Virus record (IMG/VR): IMGVR_UViG_3300025364_000003 | Location: 124,001 to 188,000 of that record | Length of the DNA stretch: 64,000 nucleotides | Direction: 5' to 3' (one strand) | Part shown: in pieces, positions 26,956 through 36,073 of the stretch | Layout of the letters: each line of letters opens with the position of its first letter | Position numbering within the stretch: position 1 is the first letter of the stretch | The notes under the pieces: generated by a model | Seen by the model: only the letters and a program-made list of their open reading frames with translations | Database searches by the model: none | What the model was told of the DNA's origin: nothing | Position numbers and translations under genes: made by a program

Positions 26956-29900
26956 ATGGCAAAAGACTTTCGAGCCAGTCAAGTACAAACAACCCAAATA
27001 ATCTCTTCGGGATCTTCCGGCACAAATGCAAGAATTGTTGTCTACCCCGTGGAGAAGCAGTCGGGTGCTAGCCCAAATCAGGGCATAATCGATCCTGACA
27101 AGTTTTCAACTGGTTCTATTGGAGTAGATACATTTATTTTTGTTTCTGGCGGCATCGGCGAGCGGAACACAATCAATAATTCTATTGCTGTATTCGGTGG
27201 TGACGTTCATATTTCTGGTAATCTTACTTCAGATCAACAAATTTTTGGCGAAGGAGAGAGCCTTTTTAGGTTGGGTGTTGTTGATTATGCTACAACTGAA
27301 AACACCTCTTCGAATCCGTTAGTTGCTGGACAAGTTGCATTTCCTGGTAATGAATTTTCCGGGTCTTCATTAACTCTTAGAGCAATCCTTGCCAATACAA
27401 CTGGTTCTGGCATTGCAGCTGTAAAACTTTTTAACCTTGATTCACTAACTTTTGTTGATATTAATGGACCTTCCCAGCAAGAGCTTGCGGTAACTGGTAC
27501 TACGCCAACTCTTGTTGAATCTGTCAATCTATTGAGTGCCTCAGGATTTACGACCGGGTCGTTGGCTCTTTACGAACTTCAGCTGTTTTCAAACAGCAGT
27601 ACAAACACTGCGCAAGTGGGTGGAGGTGAACTTCGTCCTTCGGGCTCATTTACCGCCAACACAATTATAACAAGCAGCGTAACCGTCATATCTGGAAATT
27701 GGATAGATGACAATAGTCGTTTGAGAACCACTGCTTCCGTAGCTATTGATAGTGATGGAAATTTTGCCAATGAGAAAGGTTCCGATAATTATTTTTATGT
27801 TTCAGGAACTATAAATTCTTGGACTACAGCTTCGCTGTTTGGCAATCGCAGCATTTCTGTTTTTGGGGGAGATGTAAGAATCTCTGGTTCTGTAATCGGA
27901 GGTTCGGGTTCAGTAATACAAGACAATTTCCCCGGAGGGACAACTGGAAGTAATTCACCGTTCAACTTTATAGGCGGTGGTGTCAACCACACAATCACTC
28001 CGTTCTCAAACGGCCAGGAGACTAGCACAGCTGGGACAACTGCAAGAAACTTCATTGGTGCAGGTACGGCAAATACTATCACTCAATCTAGCGATTCCGC
28101 TATTGTGGGTGGAAAAAGAAACCAAATTTCCGAAGGGGTTCTTTCGGGTGCATTTATTGGTGCCGGCAGTTCCAACAGTGTTAACGGCAATGATGCTACA
28201 CAAGTAGCCGGTTTTGACAATTCAGTTGGTGGCGATAGAGCATTTGGTGGCGCCGGCGACTCAAATGTTTCAAGTGCTGACGATGGTTTTGTAGGTGCGG
28301 GCGCAAACAACGTTGTCGCACTTGGAGCTAACCGCTCAGCAATCGTAGGCGGAAGCACTAACAATATTCAAAATGGTGATACCGATTCCTTCATTGGGGC
28401 AGGTACTTTTAACACTATTGATGCAAAAAACTCGGCTATTGTAGCTGGCACAAACAACATTGTTGATTTTGATGCAAACCATTCTTTCATTGGCGCAGGT
28501 CAAAATAACCGAATTGATACTCTCGGTGCTACATTATGGGAGGCGATCCTTGTTGGCTCTGGGAACAGAATCCAAGGATTTAGCGCAAATGCTACAAATT
28601 ACTCTGTTATTCTTGGCGGTCAAAGCAATTTGATTGTCAACAGCGCTTCCCTTCTTTATGGATTTGATCTTACAAGTAGTTTTTCTGAGGGGAACACAAT
28701 CCAGTTTGGTAGCCGAATTTCAGGCAAACGCCCATATAGATTTGTAGTTTCGGCTTCCAAAGGTTCCGTTTTTCACGGTGGATTGTCAGGTTCGCTTACA
28801 ACACTAACCGATGGCAGCCCTTATCTTATTGCTGGAACCAATATTACACTCTCAACTGGTTCCAGTGGAGCCGTAACTATCAATTCTACCGGTGGTGGAG
28901 GCGGCGCCGACTCAGATTGGACTTTAACAGGTTCAACACTCTATACAACTTCATCAATTGTAGTTGGTCAACAAACCACTACCAATCCAATTGGAGAAGA
29001 TGTATTTTTCTTTGTTTCAGGCACCTTTGGATCTGGTTCTGCTGTCGATGCAGTTTCCGTATTCGGCGGCGATGTTAGGATTTCTGGTACGTTAGCAGTT
29101 GGAACTGGTTCTGTTTTCATTAAGGATGACTCCATTTTCTTTGGTTCGGCCTCCATTAGAAATGTTGGAGGTCAACTCCAATTCTTTGATGATAATAATT
29201 TAGCTGGACAAACCTTGCAGCAGCTCGCAACTGGTAGTGGGGGAGGAGAAACATCATCTCTACAACAAGCTTATAATCTAAACAATGTTGTTACTACAAG
29301 TGTAGCAAGTGGTTCATTTACATTGTTCGCAAATGACGACACTCATTCTCCATTTGTGATTAGTGCCAGCGCACACTCCACTGGCGATCCTCCGATTATT
29401 GATATAAGAACTGGCACAGGAAGTCCAGAATTTTTCCGAGTCATCGATACGGCCAATAAAGAATTCATGACCATTGAAAAGGCTGGAAATTTTGATAGCC
29501 GTATTAATATGAGGTCAGAGGGTTCTTTTGGTATTTCATATGGCTGGCTCAACAACACAAACGCTGGAATCGGTCTTAACACAGACAATATACGGTTCCA
29601 GGTTAGCTCTGGCGATTCTTTTGAATTCGTTTCCACTGAAGGCGTCGTCGCCTTTACAATTAGTGCTGGAGGCAGCATTGCTGCATCTTCGATTGTTGCT
29701 GGAGTAAGTGTAGCTGTTTCAAGCACGCTCGGTGTTACAGATACCATTCGTGCCAGAGGCGGGCTTGCGGTTGATCCAGGCGCAAACATTAGCGAAACTA
29801 CATATGGCACAGATGCTATCATGGTTGTTTCTGGAGTTGTTGGCGGCAAGGATTCTACTGCAAATTCCACTGCTTTGTTTCTTGGTGATGTTCATATTTC

Positions 29901-31347
29901 TGGCAACCTTACTGTAGATGGTACAGCACCTGGTGGTGGCGGAAGTTCTTTCTTCTATTCAGATACGGCTAACGTTATTGAACAATCAGGCTCGCTTGAA
30001 ATGTCAGGCTCTGGGCTTTTCAAGTCTGGCCTAACTGGTGCCTTAAACGTGCTTCCAGACGGTTCACCGTTTATTGTTGGGGGTGGAGATGTTTCGGTAT
30101 CTTCGGCTTCCAATGGAAGAATTACAGTAAGTGCAAATCTGTCAACATCAAGCAGCCTAATCCAGCTTTCTGTTGTCGATTACACAACTACGACTGCCAC
30201 ATCAAGCAATCCAGCAGCTCTTGGACAAATCATTTTTGACCCAAGTGATTATACGGGTAACATTATTCTAAAATCAGTTCTTTCAGCAGCTTCTTCATCA
30301 GTCACTGCTTCTGTCAGACTTTTCAATGTAACCTCTGGTGCTCTTGTTCACATTGGAGGAGCAGGTCAGACCGAAATTACCTCGGTTGGCACAACTCCAA
30401 CAATCGTTGAATCAGTCAACTTGCGTAATGCAACCAACTTCTCTGCCGGGGCGGCCATTTACGAATTCCAAGCATTCACCTCGGATGAGTCTCAGCTTGT
30501 TACAGTTGGTGGTGGCGAAATCAGGACCAATGGTTTGGTTGATAAGAGCATTCCTATTACTGGTAGCTTGTTGTCATTTGGTATTGCCGACTATGCTACT
30601 ACCAATAGCACTTCCTCCAACCCAGAGGCCGTAGGACAGCTTGTATTTGATCCATCGGAATACACCGGCCCAATTAAACTTAGAGCGGTTCTAGCGTCAA
30701 CCACAGGCTCTGTGACAGCTTCTATGCGACTGTTTAACGTAACTTCGGGCTCGTTGGTTCATATTGGTGGTTCAGGCGTTACAGTGTTGGAAACAACAAG
30801 CGTGACACCGGAGTTAGTTGAATCTGTTAATTTGCGTGACGCCACAAACTTTTCAACAAACCAGGCCATTTATGAACTTCAGCTTTACACAACAACTGGT
30901 TCGCAATCTGCCATTGTTGGTAGTGCTGAGTTTAGAGTGACCGGCTCAGTTACTGCGCCTCCAACAAGACTTAGCCTTGGAAGCTATACTACTACAACAG
31001 CAACTTCATCAAATCCACAAGCTGTTGGTGGTGGTTACTTCGTACCTTCAGAGCATAATACCAACTTGTGTGTTTTCCGAGCTGTTCTTTCTACTACAAC
31101 AGCTTCAAATACCGCATTTGCACAGCTTTATAATATAACATCAGGGGCGTTGGTTCATGTGGGCGGACCAGGAATAACAGAACTTTCTTCGTCGGCCAAT
31201 TCGCCAACCAATGTTGAATCCGTGAACCTGTTTAACGCAACAAACTTTAACCCAGACACAAGCTCTGTATATGAGGTTCGTGTTTATGGAAGTGGCTCGT
31301 CGTCGCCAACAACGACGCTAGTAAATTCAGAACTGGTGTGTTCTTAA
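26956..31347 (+). CDS. large modular fibre/spike protein (1463 aa)
   Basis: Four copies of ~130-aa DY.TT..SSNP...VESVNL domain, four D...FVSG...FGGDV.ISG modules, central FIGAG..N beta-helix repeats. Confidence 0.8.
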   Translation: MAKDFRASQVQTTQIISSGSSGTNARIVVYPVEKQSGASPNQGIIDPDKFSTGSIGVDTFIFVSGGIGERNTINNSIAVFGGDVHISGNLTSDQQIFGEGESLFRLGVVDYATTENTSSNPLVAGQVAFPGNEFSGSSLTLRAILANTTGSGIAAVKLFNLDSLTFVDINGPSQQELAVTGTTPTLVESVNLLSASGFTTGSLALYELQLFSNSSTNTAQVGGGELRPSGSFTANTIITSSVTVISGNWIDDNSRLRTTASVAIDSDGNFANEKGSDNYFYVSGTINSWTTASLFGNRSISVFGGDVRISGSVIGGSGSVIQDNFPGGTTGSNSPFNFIGGGVNHTITPFSNGQETSTAGTTARNFIGAGTANTITQSSDSAIVGGKRNQISEGVLSGAFIGAGSSNSVNGNDATQVAGFDNSVGGDRAFGGAGDSNVSSADDGFVGAGANNVVALGANRSAIVGGSTNNIQNGDTDSFIGAGTFNTIDAKNSAIVAGTNNIVDFDANHSFIGAGQNNRIDTLGATLWEAILVGSGNRIQGFSANATNYSVILGGQSNLIVNSASLLYGFDLTSSFSEGNTIQFGSRISGKRPYRFVVSASKGSVFHGGLSGSLTTLTDGSPYLIAGTNITLSTGSSGAVTINSTGGGGGADSDWTLTGSTLYTTSSIVVGQQTTTNPIGEDVFFFVSGTFGSGSAVDAVSVFGGDVRISGTLAVGTGSVFIKDDSIFFGSASIRNVGGQLQFFDDNNLAGQTLQQLATGSGGGETSSLQQAYNLNNVVTTSVASGSFTLFANDDTHSPFVISASAHSTGDPPIIDIRTGTGSPEFFRVIDTANKEFMTIEKAGNFDSRINMRSEGSFGISYGWLNNTNAGIGLNTDNIRFQVSSGDSFEFVSTEGVVAFTISAGGSIAASSIVAGVSVAVSSTLGVTDTIRARGGLAVDPGANISETTYGTDAIMVVSGVVGGKDSTANSTALFLGDVHISGNLTVDGTAPGGGGSSFFYSDTANVIEQSGSLEMSGSGLFKSGLTGALNVLPDGSPFIVGGGDVSVSSASNGRITVSANLSTSSSLIQLSVVDYTTTTATSSNPAALGQIIFDPSDYTGNIILKSVLSAASSSVTASVRLFNVTSGALVHIGGAGQTEITSVGTTPTIVESVNLRNATNFSAGAAIYEFQAFTSDESQLVTVGGGEIRTNGLVDKSIPITGSLLSFGIADYATTNSTSSNPEAVGQLVFDPSEYTGPIKLRAVLASTTGSVTASMRLFNVTSGSLVHIGGSGVTVLETTSVTPELVESVNLRDATNFSTNQAIYELQLYTTTGSQSAIVGSAEFRVTGSVTAPPTRLSLGSYTTTTATSSNPQAVGGGYFVPSEHNTNLCVFRAVLSTTTASNTAFAQLYNITSGALVHVGGPGITELSSSANSPTNVESVNLFNATNFNPDTSSVYEVRVYGSGSSSPTTTLVNSELVCS

Positions 31348-32627
31348 TGGCTGGTAATAAAATCATAGTTCCTGACATTTTTGTATCTTCAAGAACTGAA
31401 GACACAAATTCAAATGCTTATAGCACCTTTCAAGGCGCCTTTAAAGCATGTTGGGATCACCTAAAATACCTCGAAACTTTAGGAATAACTACGGAAATTG
31501 CACGAAATCATGGGACTGCTGTAAATGGTCGTGGACCAGGAACCGGCTGGTGGGACGAACCAACACGTTTTGGTAACAACGGGTGGTCATGTTTTAGATG
31601 GAATTCAAACACTAATAGAAGCTGGGAATGGTACATGTTTATTCAAAATTGCGATACCGTTGGTCCGACTGGCCCTGGATTACCTGGCTATAGTATTCCT
31701 GGAGCTGGTAGTACTCGTGGATTTCATGTAGCAGCCGCTATTACAATTTCTGGTTCTGTTACATCTAACCCTTGGGGTGGAACCACTGGTTCTCTTGGTT
31801 CTGATGCCAAAGGCAGCCCAGTTTGGATATCTGGTTCAAATAATCACAAGCTTTTTGTTTTTCCTGAAGCCAATGGCGTTAGTGGTGTTTTGGGAGATGG
31901 AAGAACCAGCACCGATCGTGAAGGACTCGCTGTGGATAGCGACGCAGGTGGAAATGCCTCACATCGTAGAATAAGCTTTATTACAGATGATGATTCGTTT
32001 TTATATATCAGAAACAACGGTCAGGCTGATTATTCGATTGGATATTTGGGACTCTACGAGGCTTTTAATCGACAAAATGCTGAAGGAGTTGAGGATACTA
32101 CAACGCCAAACTTTGTTTGTTATTGGGATTTCTCTCCGTCAGACCCATGGGAAGCGTCTAAAGACATTGGAAGTTTGACAGTTGAACCAGGCGACAATGA
32201 ACAAGGGGCTTGTATTTTGCCGCACGAGCAAGATAGCCAAATGAGAGGAATACGACTTTTGACTATACCAGATAGTACAGTTGATGGTGTTCATGTTTTG
32301 AAATACGGACAAAGGCTGACCAAGCCAACGGTTGCATTGCACGATGCAACATTTTCTCTGCGGTCCGCTGGGGTTTTTGAGGCTTCGACACTATATCAAG
32401 GAACAGTCGGTAGGTTTGATCCGACTATGTTACAGGTTTCGAAAGGAATACCAAATTTTGCTCGTATTACAAATACAAGCATACCCAAAATGGCAATAAA
32501 CCCACTTCAAAATAGTTCAAATCTTGCAACATCTTGGATAATTCCATGGCATCCAGATGCTCCATATCTGGAGAGGCGTGATCGATTTGGTGATAGAAGA
32601 AGATACGTTATAACGAGTAGCGGTTAA
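31347..32627 (+). CDS. virion protein, paralogue 1 of 3 (RSWEWY family)
   Basis: Start likely ATG 31347 (TAATG overlap); FRWN..NRSWEWY, NPWGGTTGSLGSD.KG.PVW. Confidence 0.75.
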   Translation: MAGNKIIVPDIFVSSRTEDTNSNAYSTFQGAFKACWDHLKYLETLGITTEIARNHGTAVNGRGPGTGWWDEPTRFGNNGWSCFRWNSNTNRSWEWYMFIQNCDTVGPTGPGLPGYSIPGAGSTRGFHVAAAITISGSVTSNPWGGTTGSLGSDAKGSPVWISGSNNHKLFVFPEANGVSGVLGDGRTSTDREGLAVDSDAGGNASHRRISFITDDDSFLYIRNNGQADYSIGYLGLYEAFNRQNAEGVEDTTTPNFVCYWDFSPSDPWEASKDIGSLTVEPGDNEQGACILPHEQDSQMRGIRLLTIPDSTVDGVHVLKYGQRLTKPTVALHDATFSLRSAGVFEASTLYQGTVGRFDPTMLQVSKGIPNFARITNTSIPKMAINPLQNSSNLATSWIIPWHPDAPYLERRDRFGDRRRYVITSSG

Positions 32628-32628
32628 A

Positions 32629-33867
32629 ATGGCAGGAACAATTAGAGCAAAACTTGACGGATATTTCTTTGGCGAATCCGACGACAACAATGCTAAAGCT
32701 GCGTTTAAGTTTGTTTGGGACCATCTAAAGGAGCTTGAAACACTAGGCATTGTGACCGAAGTCGCTAGAAACAATGGAACTAGCGCAGGCGTAGGCGATA
32801 CTGGCTGGTGGAACGATAGCAATTCATTTGGCAACGATTGCTGGGCCGTATTTCGATGGAACGCAAGTTCCAATCGTTCATGGGAATGGTACTTCTATAT
32901 GCAAGCTGCTGTTAGCTATACAGCGGGAGTGGGTGCACCAGCGTTAGTTCAAGGTGGTACAAGCATTGATGGTTTAGTGATGGCTGCGGCAATTTCTGCC
33001 AATACCGCATCGGGTGTCACGTCTAACCCCTGGGGCGGAACCACTGGTTCTCTTGGTTCTGATACCAAAGGTGATCCCGTCTGGACTACAGGTTCTGTTG
33101 GCGATGGTCTTTTTGTTTTTCCTCGTTCGAATAATTTAAGTGGTTCGCACAATACAAGCAAGCAAAATTTATGGCTAGCTTCTTCTGAAGCTAGCCATAT
33201 GCGGGCTCATGTTATTACTGACGAAGATAGTTTTCTTGGCATTTTTGGCAACCCGGACGCAGAATCTGACTACTCTTCATATTCTATGAGCTTTATCGGA
33301 CCATACAAGCCAAACCAAATTATATCTTCAAGCGTAACCACGCCATTAACTGTTGTACAGGCAACAGAAGATACGCTTGGCATGTTTAATCCAGGCGTAG
33401 AACATGGCGGCACAGCGGGATCTGCTGTTAATTGTGGCGGAGGTATAATTGCAGCAGATAAAATTTCAGTACGAAGTCTTAGAGTTGATTTTCCAAGACC
33501 TAATATAGGCAGTGCATTTTTACCCACTGATCAGTGGGGTTCAGAGATACAAGGACACGTTTCTGGTTCCGATGATGCGAAATGGATTCCTTTAGACCCA
33601 TTTTTATTTGTTCATAATAATGAACCTGATTATCAGGGTTACGTTGGTCAACTTAACAATCAACTAATTAAACTGGTTCGGTATGCACACCTAACACATC
33701 GCTCATCAGATGGAACTAAAATAACCTTTTCTACAAACAGAAACTGGTTTGTTGATTCCATTGGAACTGTTGCAGATAATGTTGTTCTTGTTCCTTGGAC
33801 TGGCTCTGTTGATGTAGGAAAAAATCTTGGGATTCGTGATGGTGTATTTAGTGGGAGCATTGGCTAA
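32629..33867 (+). CDS. virion protein, paralogue 2 of 3
   Basis: Same motifs as 31347. Confidence 0.75.
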   Translation: MAGTIRAKLDGYFFGESDDNNAKAAFKFVWDHLKELETLGIVTEVARNNGTSAGVGDTGWWNDSNSFGNDCWAVFRWNASSNRSWEWYFYMQAAVSYTAGVGAPALVQGGTSIDGLVMAAAISANTASGVTSNPWGGTTGSLGSDTKGDPVWTTGSVGDGLFVFPRSNNLSGSHNTSKQNLWLASSEASHMRAHVITDEDSFLGIFGNPDAESDYSSYSMSFIGPYKPNQIISSSVTTPLTVVQATEDTLGMFNPGVEHGGTAGSAVNCGGGIIAADKISVRSLRVDFPRPNIGSAFLPTDQWGSEIQGHVSGSDDAKWIPLDPFLFVHNNEPDYQGYVGQLNNQLIKLVRYAHLTHRSSDGTKITFSTNRNWFVDSIGTVADNVVLVPWTGSVDVGKNLGIRDGVFSGSIG

Positions 33868-34121
33868 TGGCTGACTACGAAGGTATAGACACAACTGATT
33901 ATGAAGCTGAAGTATTTCAAGCTTATTCTTCGCAACCAGTTAGCTTAAGAAAACGTGACATTTGGGTGGCCGCAGAAACAGCAAGGCAGCCAACTACTAC
34001 GACAGGTGCTAACGTTGTTAGACTATTTCGTGGGATAGTCGGAGGACAATTTGTATTTAGCACAGGTAGTCCTCCGACAGGGGCAACAGACGTCGTTGTA
34101 ATTACTGAGGTTATAGAATAA
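33867..34121 (+). CDS. small virion-associated protein
   Basis: TAATG coupling. Confidence 0.6.
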   Translation: MADYEGIDTTDYEAEVFQAYSSQPVSLRKRDIWVAAETARQPTTTTGANVVRLFRGIVGGQFVFSTGSPPTGATDVVVITEVIE

Positions 34122-34123
34122 AC

Positions 34124-35386
34124 ATGGCCGGAACAATCAAAGGAAGGTTGCTTGTATCTTTGTCTAGTAGCGGAGCTGGCGCTGATCAGAAAAACATCGC
34201 CTTATTTTACCGCTCTGTTTATGATTTTCTTAAGGTTCAAGTTGAAACAGAAGGCTATGTTACAGAAATAGCCAATGGCGGAAGCAGCGGAAGTAATATT
34301 AGCCCAGGAGCCTTTTCTGTTTGGCGTTGGAATACCAGTTCTAACAGAAATTGGGAATGGTACATGCTTATTCAGTTTACTTCTGGAAGCACTGTACCTT
34401 CAAGTCGTTTGCCAGTTAATATTGAAGGTTTCGGTAGCACATTTAACAACATGGGTTTTGGCGCCGCTGTTGGCATAAATCACATATCTGGTAGTTATAC
34501 ATTCTTTAATCCATGGAATGGAACTACTGGTTCTTTTGGCTCTGACAGTAAAGGCAACCCTGTTTGGGGTACGACCGCTTCAAATCCTTTGGCAGACGTA
34601 CATCTTTCTGTTATGCCGAGGAGCAATATTAGTGGTAGTAGGATTATCAGTAACGCAGGAGCAACTACCTTTTGGGACGAACGTTCTGATTTAGCTGGAT
34701 TTGCGAGTGGCTTTACGGGTCAGTACAACAATGGACTGATGTTAAACATGTTTGCTGACGAAGACAGCATCATGGTTTTGGTAAAAGATGATGATTCAAA
34801 CGATCACGGTCATATATACATTGGCCCATATGATCCGCTACCAAGTTTGTCTGCTTCAGTTCCCGCCCCACTGATGATGTATAGGAAACTTTGGGCAGAG
34901 TCTAGTGACTTATTTGACAACAGTGACACTATTTGGAGCAATATAAGAGCTGGAACAGCATGTACTGTTTTCCCAATGAGCAACACTCTATCAAGCTCAG
35001 AGCTTTTCCTCCCAACTTGTGGGATAATGCCCACCTTTGCCCCCTTGTTTGGAACTATTCAGCCGAACAAGCAAGCTCAAATTGCTTTGAATACCACTTC
35101 AAGCTTTTATGAGTCAACACCAATTTTTATTCATAGACTCGAACGTCCATTTGGAATGGTTGGTATGTTTAGAAGTCAATTGTTGCGCCTTATTTCTGGG
35201 GTGGGAGGGGATACTTTTCGGTATGCCACTAGTAATAGTGGTTCCAGTGCGCTAAGAAGAGCATTTTTTCCCGTTGATAACATAAGTGAGGAAGCTGGCA
35301 CATATTCGACACCTTGGTCGGGCTCATTGTTGCCCAACACTGGGTCAGGTGTTTTTACAACCATTTCTGGCGGATTCATATTTTAG
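34124..35386 (+). CDS. virion protein, paralogue 3 of 3
   Basis: WRWNTSSNRNWEWY, NPWNGTTGSFGSDSKGNPVW, DEDS motif. Confidence 0.75.
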   Translation: MAGTIKGRLLVSLSSSGAGADQKNIALFYRSVYDFLKVQVETEGYVTEIANGGSSGSNISPGAFSVWRWNTSSNRNWEWYMLIQFTSGSTVPSSRLPVNIEGFGSTFNNMGFGAAVGINHISGSYTFFNPWNGTTGSFGSDSKGNPVWGTTASNPLADVHLSVMPRSNISGSRIISNAGATTFWDERSDLAGFASGFTGQYNNGLMLNMFADEDSIMVLVKDDDSNDHGHIYIGPYDPLPSLSASVPAPLMMYRKLWAESSDLFDNSDTIWSNIRAGTACTVFPMSNTLSSSELFLPTCGIMPTFAPLFGTIQPNKQAQIALNTTSSFYESTPIFIHRLERPFGMVGMFRSQLLRLISGVGGDTFRYATSNSGSSALRRAFFPVDNISEEAGTYSTPWSGSLLPNTGSGVFTTISGGFIF

Positions 35387-35387
35387 T

Positions 35388-36047
35388 TTATAAATTGAAA
35401 ATAATGAACGGTTCTGGCCTGGGTCCTAGCACCATCATTCTTACATGTTCTATGTCTTCTTCAGTAATTGAACCTCTTCGTCCATTGTTGTGAGGATACA
35501 TCACTGACTGAATTTCTCTATCATGATGCAGTCCAAGTGCATGACCAAATTCATGTATAGCGGTACTTAAAACCCTGTCGTCGGGTATTCCAACGTGTAG
35601 TTGAATTTTGCTTCTTGCAATTGACATTTTTATTCCAAAAAAATCATGTCGAAAATAACGATGAGCCAAACCAAAAAGTTGGTAACCACATTCATTTTGC
35701 GGTAGCGGTTCTTCATTTATCCAAATTGTATTTTCTTCCATTGTTTCCATTGGAACACTTTCTTCATACGAAAATATATTTAATTCGGTTTCTCGATTCC
35801 AGGTTGCAATGGCCTGTTGCACAACTCTTTTTCGTTTTTCTCTCATAGAATAATCAACAATGACTCGTATTGGGAAAGCTTCTTGATTCCATAAAACTGG
35901 TTGTCCGAAGTCGTTTTCAATGACATTGGCAAAATCAGCAGATGGCACATTATGATTTTCATTGCAGTGCGAAGGTGTCGTTTCGGCATGTGTCGGAACG
36001 CAACCAGATGCTAAAGCAATAAATAAAAATGCAAAGTTTTTCAACAT
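35388..36047 (-). CDS. matrixin (M10-like) zinc metalloprotease, probable lipoprotein
   Basis: HEFGHALGLHH + SVMYP Met-turn; start MLKNFAFLFIALASGC with lipobox-like ASGC. Confidence 0.85.
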   Translation of the reverse strand: MLKNFAFLFIALASGCVPTHAETTPSHCNENHNVPSADFANVIENDFGQPVLWNQEAFPIRVIVDYSMREKRKRVVQQAIATWNRETELNIFSYEESVPMETMEENTIWINEEPLPQNECGYQLFGLAHRYFRHDFFGIKMSIARSKIQLHVGIPDDRVLSTAIHEFGHALGLHHDREIQSVMYPHNNGRRGSITEEDIEHVRMMVLGPRPEPFIIFNL

Positions 36048-36073
36048 GTTCTTAAATATATAAAACCTACTTA

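Noticed and set aside
31764-33071. Diversity-generating retroelement TR/VR pair
   Set aside because: Both copies are inside paralogous coding regions, mismatches are not adenine-specific, and no reverse transcriptase is in the window.
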